Positions 1 to 12,460 of a stretch of 64,000 bases of DNA are shown in pieces. The stretch lies in the NCBI RefSeq assembly GCF_009914755.1, contig NC_060935.1; one strand, 5' to 3'. The translations under genes and the position numbers were made by a program. A model generated the notes under the pieces. That model was not told where the DNA came from, made no database searches, and saw only the letters and a list, made by a program, of their open reading frames with translations. Every line of letters starts with the position of its first letter. The stretch's first letter is position 1. The DNA is from the human T2T-CHM13v2.0 reference genome, Homo sapiens.

Positions 1-220
1 CCTTTTACAGTTGAGTGCATTCAATTTACCTCATAGGATAATAGTTTTTTTTTTAATGGTTTTTCCATTAATATCAGACATCAGTGTTAGTAAGGAACAA
101 GAAAGACATAAAAGAGAGAGGCATGTCATCAAGAAAGAATGTTGCAATCTTTAATGGTAGGGCACTTGTGCTATGAAGAAGGCTTGTGTGGGTGAGGTTT
201 GGGGATTTTTGTTACTGATT

Positions 221-1050
221 ATTATGGGTTGAATTGCATTCCCCCAAAATTCACATGTCAAAATCCTAACCCCCAGCACCTCAGGATGTGATCTTATTTG
301 GAAATAAGATCATTGCAGATGTAATTAGGTAAGATGAAGTCACACTAGACTAGGGTGGGCCCCTAATCCAGTATCACTGATGTCCTTACAACAATGGGAA
401 AATTTGGACCCAAGGACACAGGAAGAATGTCACATAAATATGAAGGCAGGGATTGAGGTGATGCTTCTACAACCCAAGAAATGTCAAAAGATTGCCAGCT
501 TTTCTTAGTCTATTCAGGTTTCTATCATGAAATAACATAGACTGGGTAGCTTAGAAAAAATACAAATTTATTTCTCACTGTTCTGGAGGCTGGGAAGTCT
601 ATGATCAAGGTGTCGGCAGATTTGGTGTCTAGTGAGGGCTTGCTTCCTGTTTCATATGGTGCCTGGTTCCAATGGTGCCTTCTTGCTGTGTCCCCACATA
701 GTGGAAGAGGCATGGCAGCTCTCTTGGGCTTATTTTATAAGGGCACTAATTCCATTCATGAGGCTACTGCCCTCATGACTTAATTAGCCCCTAAGGGTCC
801 CAGCTCTTACTACTATTACATTGAGGATTGGGTTTCAACATATGAATTTTGGAGGGACACAAATTTTCAGTCCACAGCACCAGCAAATCATCAGAAACTA
901 AGGAGAGGAATGGCACAGATTCTTCCTCATAGCCCTCAGAAGGAATCAGTGCTGCCAACACCTTGATCTTGGACTTCCAGCCTTCAGAACTGTGAGACAA
1001 CACACTTTTGTTGTTTAAGCTACCCCTCTTGTGGTACTTAATTATGGCAC
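221..1050 (+). mobile_element. MaLR LTR (MLT1-type), interrupted by a second LTR at 500-879
   Basis: Typical MLT1 motifs (atgggttgaattg, cttatttggaaataag, ccttgatcttggacttccagcc). Confidence 0.8.
500..879 (-). mobile_element. MaLR solo LTR (MLT1A-like) nested in opposite orientation
   Basis: Reverse-strand MaLR motifs (ctggaggctgggaagtc, atcaaggtg). 5-bp TSD ccagc at 495-499 and 880-884. Confidence 0.85.
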
Positions 1051-1051
1051 C

Positions 1052-1345
1052 TACTGTGGTCTGAATATGACTTCCAAAAGTCATGTTCTGTAAACTGACT
1101 CCCCAATGCAACAACGTTGGGAAGTGGGGCATTTTGAGAGGTATTTGGGTCATGAGGGATTTACCCTCATAAATGGATTAATGCTGCTATAAAAAGGGCA
1201 TGTGGGAGTGGGTTTGCTTTCTCTTGCCCTTCCACTTTCTGCCCTGTGGGGAAGCAGTAAGAAGACCCTCACCATACACCAGTGCCTTGATTGTGATCTT
1301 GGACTTCCCAGCCTCCAGAAATGTGAGAAATAGATTTCTGTTCTC
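1052..1345 (+). mobile_element. MaLR LTR (MST-like), 3' truncated
   Basis: ctcataaatggattaatgc and tcttggacttcccagcctccagaa motifs. Confidence 0.75.
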
Positions 1346-1554
1346 ACACCTTGGGTTGGGCATCCAAATGTAGCTTACCTTGCCTAACTCAGTTGTCATC
1401 AGGAAAGTCATCCAAATAAGCGGCAACTAAACCATAAAAATGATCACTTCAAGGCATCTAGTGAACTCATTTTCAGAATTACCAAGACCACATCTAACAT
1501 TTCTATTGCACTGAAAACTTACAAGGGGTTTCTAGGGAACCTAAATGGAAAAAG

Positions 1555-1790
1555 CAGGCTTTGAGGTTAGGCAGATTTGGGTATAAATCCCAGTTCTGCC
1601 ACTTATTGGCTGGTGCCTTTAGCAAAGATATTTCACTTCTTGAAAGCCCAGCTTTCCCGTCTGTAAAATGTAAAAGTAGTAGAAGAAATATCTACTTCGT
1701 AGGGTGGTTGTGAATACTGAATGAGACAGACAACATTTATGTAAAAGTCCATTATGGTGCCCGGTACAGGTAGACACTCTAAAAATGTTA
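1555..1790 (+). mobile_element. MIR SINE
   Basis: aatcccagttctgccactta ... tctgtaaaatg ... ggttgtga core. Confidence 0.7.
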
Positions 1791-2457
1791 GTGCCCTTCT
1801 CTTCCTGTGTTGATGATCTCATTTGAGTCTTATGCCAAGAAACTTTCCCAAGACTGCAGGAAGGTAAGACTCAAGTCAGGCCTTTGTCTCCAAGTCCAGG
1901 AATCTTTCCCTGGAAGGAGTGACCTCCAGACCTTGGCTACCACAAAGTCATGCTATGACCTCCCTCTGTTGCTCTGGTGAGATTTAAATTGGGCTTCTGA
2001 AGGTGAAGGTGACCCCATATGCAGATCCTGGTGAGCACCTGTAGAAAGGACCTACTAAGCAGATGAACTTCCAGGAATCAGCTGGAAGAGAGAGAGAGGA
2101 AAAAATAAAATCATATCTTCCTAATCATATCACTGAATTAGAATCAGACTTTTAAAGCTGGGTGCAACTTTAGAGGAATCTGCTCTTTTCATTTTCTAGA
2201 AGAGGATGTAGCAGCTTATATGGTCCCTCGGCCAGTCAGCATCAAGTTGGATGATCTCATGAGTCCCAGCCCAATATTCCTTCCATTCTAATTAGTGTCC
2301 TGAATACCCACAATGTCAGCTCAAGAATGGAAGAACCAGAATAGATCCAAAGATATGTAAAATAGTCTCAGAATAAGCCTTTGTCATTGAAGAGAAATGT
2401 GGCTTTAGTGGAATCAAGATGCTTCCTAACTCTGATTCTTACACCAAGACAAGGTGA

Positions 2458-2853
<396 letters not shown>

Positions 2854-3734
2854 TAGAGAGGGTGAAGTTTGCTCATCTGGGCCTGCAGCACCCAGGAGCT
2901 CCTGAAAGAGCTCATGGCAGTTTCAGAGTAGACAGAGGATGTGAGAAGCAGTGACTCTTGTTTGGAAATCTTCTAAATTGGCTGACTCCCATTTACATGC
3001 TGTTTCTGGCAGCAGAGATCAGTCTGGGTCACCTCTATGCTGCTGAGTAAATATGCTCAAAATTATTACTATTTCAGACAAATGTTTAACTGTTCTCAGA
3101 TTATCTATAACACCCCAGGCCAAAGTCACAGCAATCTAACCTGGGAGTGAGTTTACTTTACTTTGTGATTTATGGAATGAGAATTCTGGGTGCTCTGTGG
3201 GACTAATTTAATACGAAACATTCAGATGTCTGTCTTATAATGCCATTCATCTTTCCTTAGCCTGCCTGCACCAGGGAGCATGTGGTTCAGAGAGCAGCCT
3301 CTCCCTTCTCAGCCACAAATCATCACGCTTGTGAAAGGGGGTGACAAGTCTTCCCTTCTAAGCCAGGCTGCCTGCAACAGAGGGTCTGTCTGGTCTCTGA
3401 TGGAAGAAAAGTGTTTTCCACTCTTTCAGGCTGTTGGAGTGTTTTGAAAGGTACAGTTGGCAAAGTAGGATTCCTAGTCAACATTGCTTTGGTTTGCCTT
3501 TTGGTAAAGGGAATTTAGTCAGTCTATACTGTCTTATCAACAGGTGCAGATTTGTTTTATAAGAAGGCAATGTGATGTTCTATGGATTGACATAATGCAT
3601 GTGAGAAGAAAGTTCTACAAAAAGCTAAACTCTGATTCAGTGTAGTACTTACATTTGAAAAGCAGATATTTCAATGCATGGCTAAAAAGGAACAAAAATA
3701 AAACTTTTTAAACCAACAAGTTACCCTAAATCTC

Positions 3735-4340
3735 ACATTCATCCAACAAATATTCATGAACGCCTGCTATGTAGTAAGGGCTATTCAGGCACTGGGAACA
3801 CAATTCTGAACACCCTACTTTCATGGAGTTTGCAGACCAGTGAGAGAAAGGGCATGTCCACAGTGGTAAGTCCTACAAGGGTGAGCAACAGGTACAGGGG
3901 GAGCACATGGAAGGAAGTTCCCCACACAGTCATATAAAATGACATGAGAAAGCTGCAGGAAGAAAATGTGCAAAATCATGGAAGTAAGAGAGAATATACA
4001 ATCTTGGGGAATGGGGAAAAGTTTAGCATGGGTGGAGTGCAGAACTCTGTGAACAAAGGGCTGAGAACCCAGACTTCAGAGCCAGGGGACCTCCGGATTC
4101 CAAAGGCCTTTGGGCACAGGGGAGGGAGTTTGTCCTGCATTTTGATGGCAACAGAGGGCCACTTAAGCTCTTTAAGTGAGGAAGTGACATGATATGATTC
4201 TTATTCTAGAAAGATCATTCTGGCTACAACTTTGACAAAGAATTCGATAGAAGCAAGGCTCTGGGGGTGGGGGTGTGTGCAGTGACTAGTTGGAAAATCA
4301 GTGTTATTATACCAGTGAGTGATGGCAGTGGTCTGAAGTC
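3735..4340 (-). mobile_element. L2 LINE fragment
   Basis: cattcatccaacaaatatt tail motif and agaaagatcattctggct motif. Confidence 0.65.
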
Positions 4341-4719
4341 AGATAGGGTAAGTAAACAACTTTGAAGTACTTACAAAATCCTATAAATGCATCCCATTTT
4401 ACTCATATTAACAGTTGTATGTTTGTGCAAATGGAAATCAACCTCTGCCATCAAGTCATTTCCTGAGTGAGGCAGAGTCCTGTTGACCCTGGTATGTGCT
4501 GTTGCTGCGGTGCCTGTATTGCTGGTGAAAACTCCCTGAGACACCTCTTGAAGACACAGCTTTGGTTAAATGTATAGATGTGGCCCATATCAACCTTCCC
4601 ATGGGAGCTGGGTGTTATCTAATGGATAACACTGCTCCATGGGTGTCCTAGAGAATAACGACTATTTCCAACTCAAAGCACAGCAGACCACTGTCACACC
4701 CAGTGAACAGAACTCATAT

Positions 4720-4851
4720 TTTAACATTAGGAAAGCTGTTGGCAAGTCTGGCCTTTGAGAGTGAGGTAGTAGGAAACAAAGTCATAAAAATAAAAATTCA
4801 CAATGGGATTTATCCTATCAAAATGACTACATTAAACGAGAGGCAAGGAAA
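4720..4851 (+). repeat. Local duplication unit A, copy 1 (copy 2 at 7441-7571)
   Basis: Colinear direct repeat at offset ~2720, with a 33-bp identical core cacaatgggatttatcctatcaaaatgactaca. Confidence 0.9.
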
Positions 4852-5379
4852 GGTCTGACAAAAAGGGTTTGACACTGGAATTGATTTGAAAAAATTTCCT
4901 GAATGCCAATCAGAGTGTCTTGAGTTTTGCCAGTCTCTGCAACATCCACTTCTTTAGACAGACTTGATTATGTTCAGAAGTGTTACTTAAGATCTCAAAT
5001 GGTATTCATCCTGATATTGTAATCAAAGTCACAGATTCTAACCTCAATTTTGTGTCAGCTGCTTAGAAAATAACATCAAGGTCACCCCACCAAAGTCAGT
5101 TTTAAGTGTATACCCAAGGGCAAGCCTCTCACTGACTGATTAGGAATAGTGACAGCCTAGCTGATTCTATTGCTAATTTCATTCCTCAGTAGTGAAGGGA
5201 GAAAAGAACCAAAACAATGGCAGAAATACATGTCTATACTAACAATGCCATGTCCACAGCTTCCTGAGGAAAGATCAGTCTACACTGTTCCTTACGTAGG
5301 GAAACTGTGCTTTGCATCATGTGTCCCTGACATCCTAATCTAAAGGAATGAGTAGAAGCCATCCATTCAACCTTCTGTT

Positions 5380-5790
5380 AGAAGACACAAAGAAAGTAGT
5401 TCAGATGGTACAGTGACCCTGAAGCCAAAATAAATATAAAGAGAAGGCAGGAAAAAATATAAACAGAAGCCGTTAAGCAACAGAAGCCATGAGTAGGTAG
5501 GTGCCATATCTTAGTGTACAACAGAAGAGCCCTCGGATAAGTAGAAAATTCACATGAGGACCAAGCGCAGAGAAACAGGGAAGTCAAGAGCAGGAATGGC
5601 AGACTACTGGGGTGGCCACTGGGACCCAGACAGGCATGCGTCTTGAACAGAGGCCACCACGAAGCCTGTTTTCTGGGCTTTCCTGTGCTTCCTCTCTTCC
5701 TTGTTAATCCTCCCAACAAACCTCCATCACCAGAGGTAAACTGAGTGAGTCTCTGTAACTTGTAACTTGAACAAGCCTAACTTAATACAC
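5380..5790 (+). mobile_element. Probable old ERVL-type LTR fragment
   Basis: 3' end gagtgagtctctgtaacttgtaac...cctaacttaataca resembles ERVL/MaLR LTR termini; family not resolved. Confidence 0.45.
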
Positions 5791-5918
5791 AATGTCTAGT
5801 CCAACATTCACATTTGTTCTCTTTACTGGCTTCCCACTGCACTATCTATCTATCTATCTCCCTCTCTATCTATCTTTTTATATAGCACTGATATTATTCC
5901 AGCTTGATATATATATCA

Positions 5919-6124
5919 AGCACTGATATTATTTCTGTGACCTTTAAAATAGCAAGATTTTATCAGCACTGAAGGTAGTTTAATTAACATGGAGAGCTTC
6001 AGTACCTCAAACCCACTTGTTTCGCCTTCCAATATCTGGGTCCTAGTTATAATCTCTGGGTGGTTAGTTCTGACTCAATAACATTTCCATTATTTCTAAG
6101 GGAATTATAGTGATAAAACATGAG
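5919..6124 (+). repeat. Local duplication unit B, copy 1 (copy 2 at 8132-8338)
   Basis: Colinear ~205-bp direct repeat, e.g. ctgtgacctttaaaatagcaagattttatcagcactgaagg in both copies. Confidence 0.92.
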
Positions 6125-6151
6125 TACACTTAGTGTATTAAGTACACTTAG

Positions 6152-6246
6152 ACACACATATACATATATATACATATATATACACATATATATACACACA
6201 TATATGTACACATATATACATACACACACACATACATATATATACA
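6152..6246. repeat. (TA/CA)n microsatellite
   Basis: Seen directly. Confidence 0.9.
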
Positions 6247-6574
6247 TTGCAGTGGGAAGCCAGTAAGAACTAATGTGAATGTTGGACTAGACATTGTGTA
6301 TTACATTAAGCTTGTTCAAGTTATATATATAAAGTGCACTTATATATATATATAATCTCCCAACTCCTTAGCACTACGTACAAGGCCCTCATAATCAGGC
6401 CCATGCATGCCCCTTCAAGCTCATCTTGTGCCTGTTAGTCCAACATTCTAGGCCTAGCCAAGCAGTCATAACTATTGCATGCACCTTTGCATGCCCAGCA
6501 ACTAAAACAGTCCTAGTGCCATTTTTTGTTGTTGTTGTTTTGTTTTGTTTTTTGTGAATTAGTTCTTTTAAGAA

Positions 6575-6858
6575 AAGTAGCCATGAAGTACTTGAAATAC
6601 AGCTAGTCTGAATTGAGATGTGCTGTAAGTGTAAAATACACACAGGATATGGAGACCTTAGAACAGTAACAAAGAAATATGCCTCAATAATTTTACATTG
6701 ATGATATGTTGAAATGCTAATACTTTGGATATATTGAGTTGAATAAAATATGGTATGAAAATGTATTTCACACATTTCTTTTAACTTTTCTAAAAATGTG
6801 GCTACTAGAAAATTTCAAATTACTCATGTGGCTCCTGTGATCTTTCTGTTGGACAGTG
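6575..6858. mobile_element. hAT-Charlie MITE (MER33/MER3-like)
   Basis: ctgaattgagatgtgctgtaagtgtaaaatacacac and aatgtggctactagaaaattt motifs. Confidence 0.75.
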
Positions 6859-6959
6859 GCTACTTTGGACCTTCCTTTGGTAGCTTGAGCATGCCACGCT
6901 CTTTCCTGATTCTCACCTCTGCCTGGTACTCCGTTCCCTACGACAACCCTCATTCTGCT

Positions 6960-7275
6960 TCTTTCCATTTGCAATGGCTGATTCATTCTTGTCTTTTAGC
7001 TTAACTCACTTCCTTATATAAGGCTTTAAACATGCCGTTCATTAAGTATGTCACCCCTACCTCCCCTCCAGTAATTCTCTAACTGAACTTGGTTTCCTTC
7101 ATAAGACTTAACACAATGTGTAACTGTTTATTGCACATAATTATTTTATTTGGGTATTTAACTTCTAAATGCCTCTCCTCCCCAGCACACAGCATGAGCC
7201 CCACGGGGACAGGGATCACATCTGTCACATTCACCTCTGCATGCCCAGCACCTAGAACAGTGAGTGCAGTGACTG
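6960..7275 (+). mobile_element. L2 3' fragment
   Basis: ctccccagca...ttcacctctgcatgcccagcacctagaacagtg motif. Confidence 0.6.
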
Positions 7276-7440
7276 CCTGAATATATATATATATAAATAT
7301 ATATTTTTCATGTATATATATATTCATGCATATACCATGTATATACAAGCTGGTCTCTCTCTCTCTCTGTCTCTCTCTCTGTCTCTCTCTGTCTCTCTCT
7401 CTCTCTCTCTATCTTCTGCATATATATACACACGCACAGT

Positions 7441-7571
7441 TTTAACATTGGGAAAGCTGTTAGCTGGGCTAGCTTAGAGGGTGGGGTAGTAGAAGATAGA
7501 GTAATAAAAATCAAAATCCACAATGGGATTTATCCTATCAAAATGACTACACTAAACAAGAGGCAAGGAAA
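7441..7571 (+). repeat. Local duplication unit A, copy 2, flanked by (CT)n(TA)n and (TA)n(GA)n tracts
   Basis: Matches 4720-4851. Confidence 0.9.
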
Positions 7572-7627
7572 AATTTAAACTTTTATATTTGTATATAAAA
7601 ATGTATAAATATATAAAAATGTGTGTG

Positions 7628-7679
<52 letters not shown>

Positions 7680-8131
7680 AAACTGGTATATACATGAATT
7701 AAGTGTTAGAAAAACTAATTTTCTTTGTATTCTCTGTTTTCCAAGGAAAGTGTCTGTCTTCCAAGGAGAGTGTCTGTCTCTCAAGCTATATGGATTTCAT
7801 TGGTCTGGCAAGAGAACTATCTTGAAAATTCATTTTTCTAAGAGAATTTGTTACCGAACTGAAATAACGTCCTGTGGATTTTCACACTCTTGGGTGAGCC
7901 TGCCAGGGATGCAGGTGCTCACACTTCCTTGCTAACTAGACTTAGGGCAAACAGAAAAGAGATGTTCAAGTAGCTCCTTCACAGGAGGAAGAGCAATGAT
8001 GGAAAATAGAAATCCTCTCCTTGTTCCAAAGCTCTCCTTCTTTGTACATATAAAAATGTATAAGAAAACTCCAGGAAGCTGGTTATTTTCCCCACCCTCA
8101 AAAGTACTCCGCTCCCTGATATATGTACCAC

Positions 8132-8338
8132 AGCACTGATATTATTCCTGTGACCTTTAAAATAGCAAGATTTTATCAGCACTGAAGGCAGCTTAATGAA
8201 CATGGAAAGCTTCAGCACCTCAAACTCACTTGTTTAGCCTTCCAATGTCTGGGTCCTAGTTAAAATCTCTGGGTGGTTATATCTGACTCAAGAACATTTC
8301 CATCATTTCTTAAGGGAACTGTGATGAGAAAACATGAG
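8132..8338 (+). repeat. Local duplication unit B, copy 2
   Basis: Matches 5919-6124. Confidence 0.92.
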
Positions 8339-8496
8339 GCTACTTAGACTCAAACACTCACATACAAAGCAAATGTTTCATTGTCTTCATAGCCCCTGAA
8401 TACAGGCTTTGTTCTTAAAACTGGTACTTACCACTTGGGCCATGCCCTGCTGATAATAAACAGCACTGTCCCTGGCAGGCCTAAAACTCTTGGCAA

Positions 8497-8668
8497 AGTT
8501 TCTTACACTGTGGTCACGACGTGCTTCTTCCCAGGTGCTTGTTAAAATGCAGATTCCTTATACCTTAGGCATAGAGATTATGACCAGTGCTGGGACCAAG
8601 CCTGGAAATCTGTATTTTATCTAGCACACCAGGTGTTTCTTGTGCACACTCAAATTTGAGAATCATAT
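8497..8668. mobile_element. MER5A-like DNA transposon
   Basis: cttgttaaaatgcagattc ... gaaatctgtatttt ... aaatttgagaatca. Confidence 0.75.
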
Positions 8669-9757
8669 TAAGGAAGTATCTCTTGCCAATACACAAATTG
8701 TTCCAGGAAACAGTTTTTTCTTTTTAAATGAAAGATGGGATTTAAAGACTCTTAGAGGAGAAAAGCCAGGAAGACGGGAAAAGGCCAAGAGGCAGGGAGG
8801 AAGAGGGAGGAGGGAAGAGGGAGAAAAAGTAATGGAAATGAGAACAGAGATATAATCAGATTTTAGATTTTTAGAGGCACTAACCTAGGAGCCCTGGGAA
8901 GTTCCCTCCTCTCCTCCACCTCTCTCCAGCATAGTCACTGAGTAAAGGACAGTGCCCTTCAGGAAATTTCCTTTAAAACACAGCTTCCAGTGGTGGCACC
9001 AGAGATGACCACCGAACTGCCTCAGTTGGTCTCACACAGCTGACATTCCTGAGCATGTGCACCTGAGCTAAAACCCTAATATCAGTTTCCTACATTGAAA
9101 TTACTGCTCTAGGACTGGCAAGCTAGGACCTGATAGGTCCAACAGCTCGACTGAAGCTTGTATCTGCCTGCAAGCCCACAGAGGGATACCACAGACAATG
9201 AGCAATAGCACATCCAATTCAGAATCACCATTTTACTTGCCATAGATATAGAATTTCTCGTCTCCTTTCTTCCTCTCTCCTTCAACCCAGTTGCACTATG
9301 GGCATATGTATTTCCTCTCTCATATATTTCTATTTATACATTTGGTACAGGGTGACAGCCTTGATAGTAGTTTCATATTCCAGACTCGTAGAATTAGAAA
9401 ATGTTATAGCTGCCAGCAGGCACCCACTGAATACCTACGGTTACACGGTCAGTCCATTTATTTTCATCAGCTTTCTCCTGAGTGGTCTTTGTTGATCTTG
9501 CTTTGTAGTTGCTTATGGCCACACAGCCCCAAACCATGCCATTTATGCAGAATTCTAATTTACTGTGTCGAGAACAAAACTGTTACTCTTTCATTCTACT
9601 TACCTAGCCTCGTAGAGGGGACACGGGGTTGAGATATTTTCAAAGCCAGGAGGGAACCAGAACCAGCGGTTCAATAGAAACAACTGAGAGTCACCACTGA
9701 GTCTAAATTTCCCATAACTGGGGACATTTGCATCTGATTTTGTGATGTACTAGAATA

Positions 9758-9833
9758 ACGCAGATTTGTGTGTTTTGATCATTCGCTTCCAAATGACGCA
9801 GATTTGTGTGTTTTGATCATTCGCTTCCAAATG
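9758..9833 (+). repeat. Perfect 38-bp tandem duplication
   Basis: acgcagatttgtgtgttttgatcattcgcttccaaatg twice. Confidence 0.97.
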
Positions 9834-12460
9834 ATGCAAAAAAAAAAATGCTGCCATGGTGAATCACAAATCTCTCAATGGCACTCAGCACACCTGGGCT
9901 ATTATTGAAGGTTAGCTCACAAATGCTTCAACAGCCACGAGCCACAATTTCTAAGTGAGTCTCTGACAAAAGAGAATATATTTATATTTATCCTTCTGCT
10001 GTCATTTGTTTGATTGTTGCTTTGTTTTCTTAATTAGGGAAACAATATTTAATTATGATAAACAATCAAGGAAAAAAACAGAGATTTAGGGTTATTGCCC
10101 TTCAAAGCTACCTTTGCATTTTGAATCATTACTAATATATCCTGTTTTACAAAGCTGACATAAGCATCCAGATAAAATGCTTCTTATTTATAAATACTGT
10201 TAGTTATTCTCAGAAAGACTGCCAGACTTTCAGGCATATTGCTTTTAGTTTACTTGCTTAGAAACATTGCAACTTTACCCTAACACTTAATCAGATTACG
10301 AAAGCTAGAGCGATGGGCAGAAAAATTCAGTTCTCCTGAGGAAAATCCCAAATGCTTCTACACTGTTGATTAACATCTGGATCACCTTAAGGGTGTTTGT
10401 GAACTATCAGGAAATAAATTTTTGGAGTAGGCCATGGACTTAGGGATGGTTGCTTTAGTATTTAATAATAAATTGTTTTCAGTTGATAGAAAAATACTGA
10501 AATCTGACTTACATATATGAGGCTGATTCAAATTTGATAAACATGTTCCCAAAGGAAATTACTGCATTTATTAAAAGCCTAGATGGCTGAACAGATTTGC
10601 AATGGTCTTATCCTATATTCCTTGCTGAAGGTAGAGAAACTGTTCCCCAGTCCACCTTGCAGCCAACCAAAGAGGAAGGTCAAGAGTAAGGAAAGAGCAG
10701 GGCTGTTTTTAGTCTAAGCTAAAAGTGGCTATGAACTACCAAGATACCCAGGGCTAGCTGTCATCTACAAAGTAAGTGTCGCTGCCTTGCTGGTAAAATG
10801 TGATGTGTTGATGACTGTTACATTACATCTAAAATCCCATTTACTAGTAATAGAAAAGTTCAGTTAAGACTTTTGCCTTATGTCTCCTGATGCTTGATAC
10901 AGCGTTGTGTGATATTACCAATTTTCGCTTCAGGCGTATTCACATGCAACAGTGATGACTTCACAAGAATTTGCACATTTGATCCAGGGTGAAATTATGC
11001 CATTTTCATAGCAAATCAACTTTTCCCTGGCAGGAAAGTGATAGGTACTTTTGCACCTAGAGAGATGTCTTTGTTTTCAAGGAATGAAAACAAAAAATTG
11101 TCTATAGAAGGATTGTGATTGAGTCATTCTAGGGAGAGGCCCAGTTGGCAAGAGTCCTCTTGGCTCCCTTTCCAACGGGGAGCAAGTTTCTTAACCCTTC
11201 TTGTTTTGACTTTCTTGCTTAAAAAAAAAAAGAAAAGGCAAAACAGAAGTCACATGCAATCTTTTTCTCCTATATGGCACACAGATGCATTGGAATACCT
11301 TCACATCTCTAACATCACACAACACATAGAGAAAATGTCTGTAAAAGGGCAAATTGCTGTTGATGTAACATGTGAAATTTCACCTCAATGTGCTTTGCTT
11401 TTAGTGGTGTCAGAGGCAGCAGGAATTTATTCATGCAGCCCTACTGATTTGCAGACTGGGAGTAAATACTAGGCCTTTTGCAGCGATTACCAAGAGCCCC
11501 CTTCAGTAGAAATGATATACTGCCTTCCTGCATCACATTAAAGTGGAGGATTGAGAAGTGAACCCAGCTGAGCCATTCTGTACACACCTAGCCAGAGTAC
11601 AATTTATATTCATACAGAGTTGTGAGTGGTTTTCAGAGGAACACTGGGAAGAAGAGCATTTCTCTGGAAATTTTTCACCAAAAGCAGAAACTAAACTCTG
11701 ATTTGTAACTGCTATTTTTTTAATGGTTCTGTCTTCTTCTTGTAAATTCTTCCCTACCTGTAGGATTAATACCTAAGATTGCTAGGGATCTCCCTTGATT
11801 TCTTTTCAAAAAATAAACCTTCCATAATTTTTCTTTTAAATAGTGCATATATCCTTTCCCTAAGTTTTTGAATTGAGGACACAGTCTATGACTTTTGATC
11901 ACTGGGCACATATTGGGAATTGCCAAGCTTTACTCTCATGAACAGAATCTAACTGTACCCCATAAAAGGTCCTGCACTGTTACTACAGGTGAAACTGATG
12001 AGAAATTGAAGAAGAAAGCATTGATTTGTGTGGCATTTGGTGGCCACCAGTCATTTCATTTGTATTCAGTATATTAAGGATTTTAATACAGAGGTTTGGA
12101 AAATATCGTGGCTGAGCCAGAAAATGTCAGCTAGGGTCAAATTTAGTGTCTAGTGGTCAGAGTCTTTTTGTATTATCAAAACATTCCATATATGGAATAT
12201 ATTTTCTATTCCATATATGGAATGTTTGATGGAATGTTCGATTATATATAAAAAGTATTTTACATAAGCTATTTGATCCTGTGAAATTATATTTCACTAA
12301 TGACTAGTAGTTTCCTTCTTTTCTTGGAAGAAAATCCACCGAAGATAGTTATTTTGCTGGCATTATTTTGTCTAGTTTTGTTGCCTTTCCAGGAACAAAC
12401 TTGAGGCATCAAATGTCACTTTATGTAAAATGCGGAGGGTAATAACCTTCAAAAAAGATC

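Larger units (their letters stand above)
5763..6323. repeat. Inverted repeat, arms 5763-5841 and 6248-6323, spacer ~405 bp
   Basis: The arms share 32-bp and 19-bp perfect reverse-complement blocks. Confidence 0.92.

Noticed and set aside
5763-6323. Inverted repeats as terminal repeats of a DNA transposon
   Set aside because: No target-site duplication was seen, the left arm overlaps the apparent LTR end, and the interior is a copy of local sequence.
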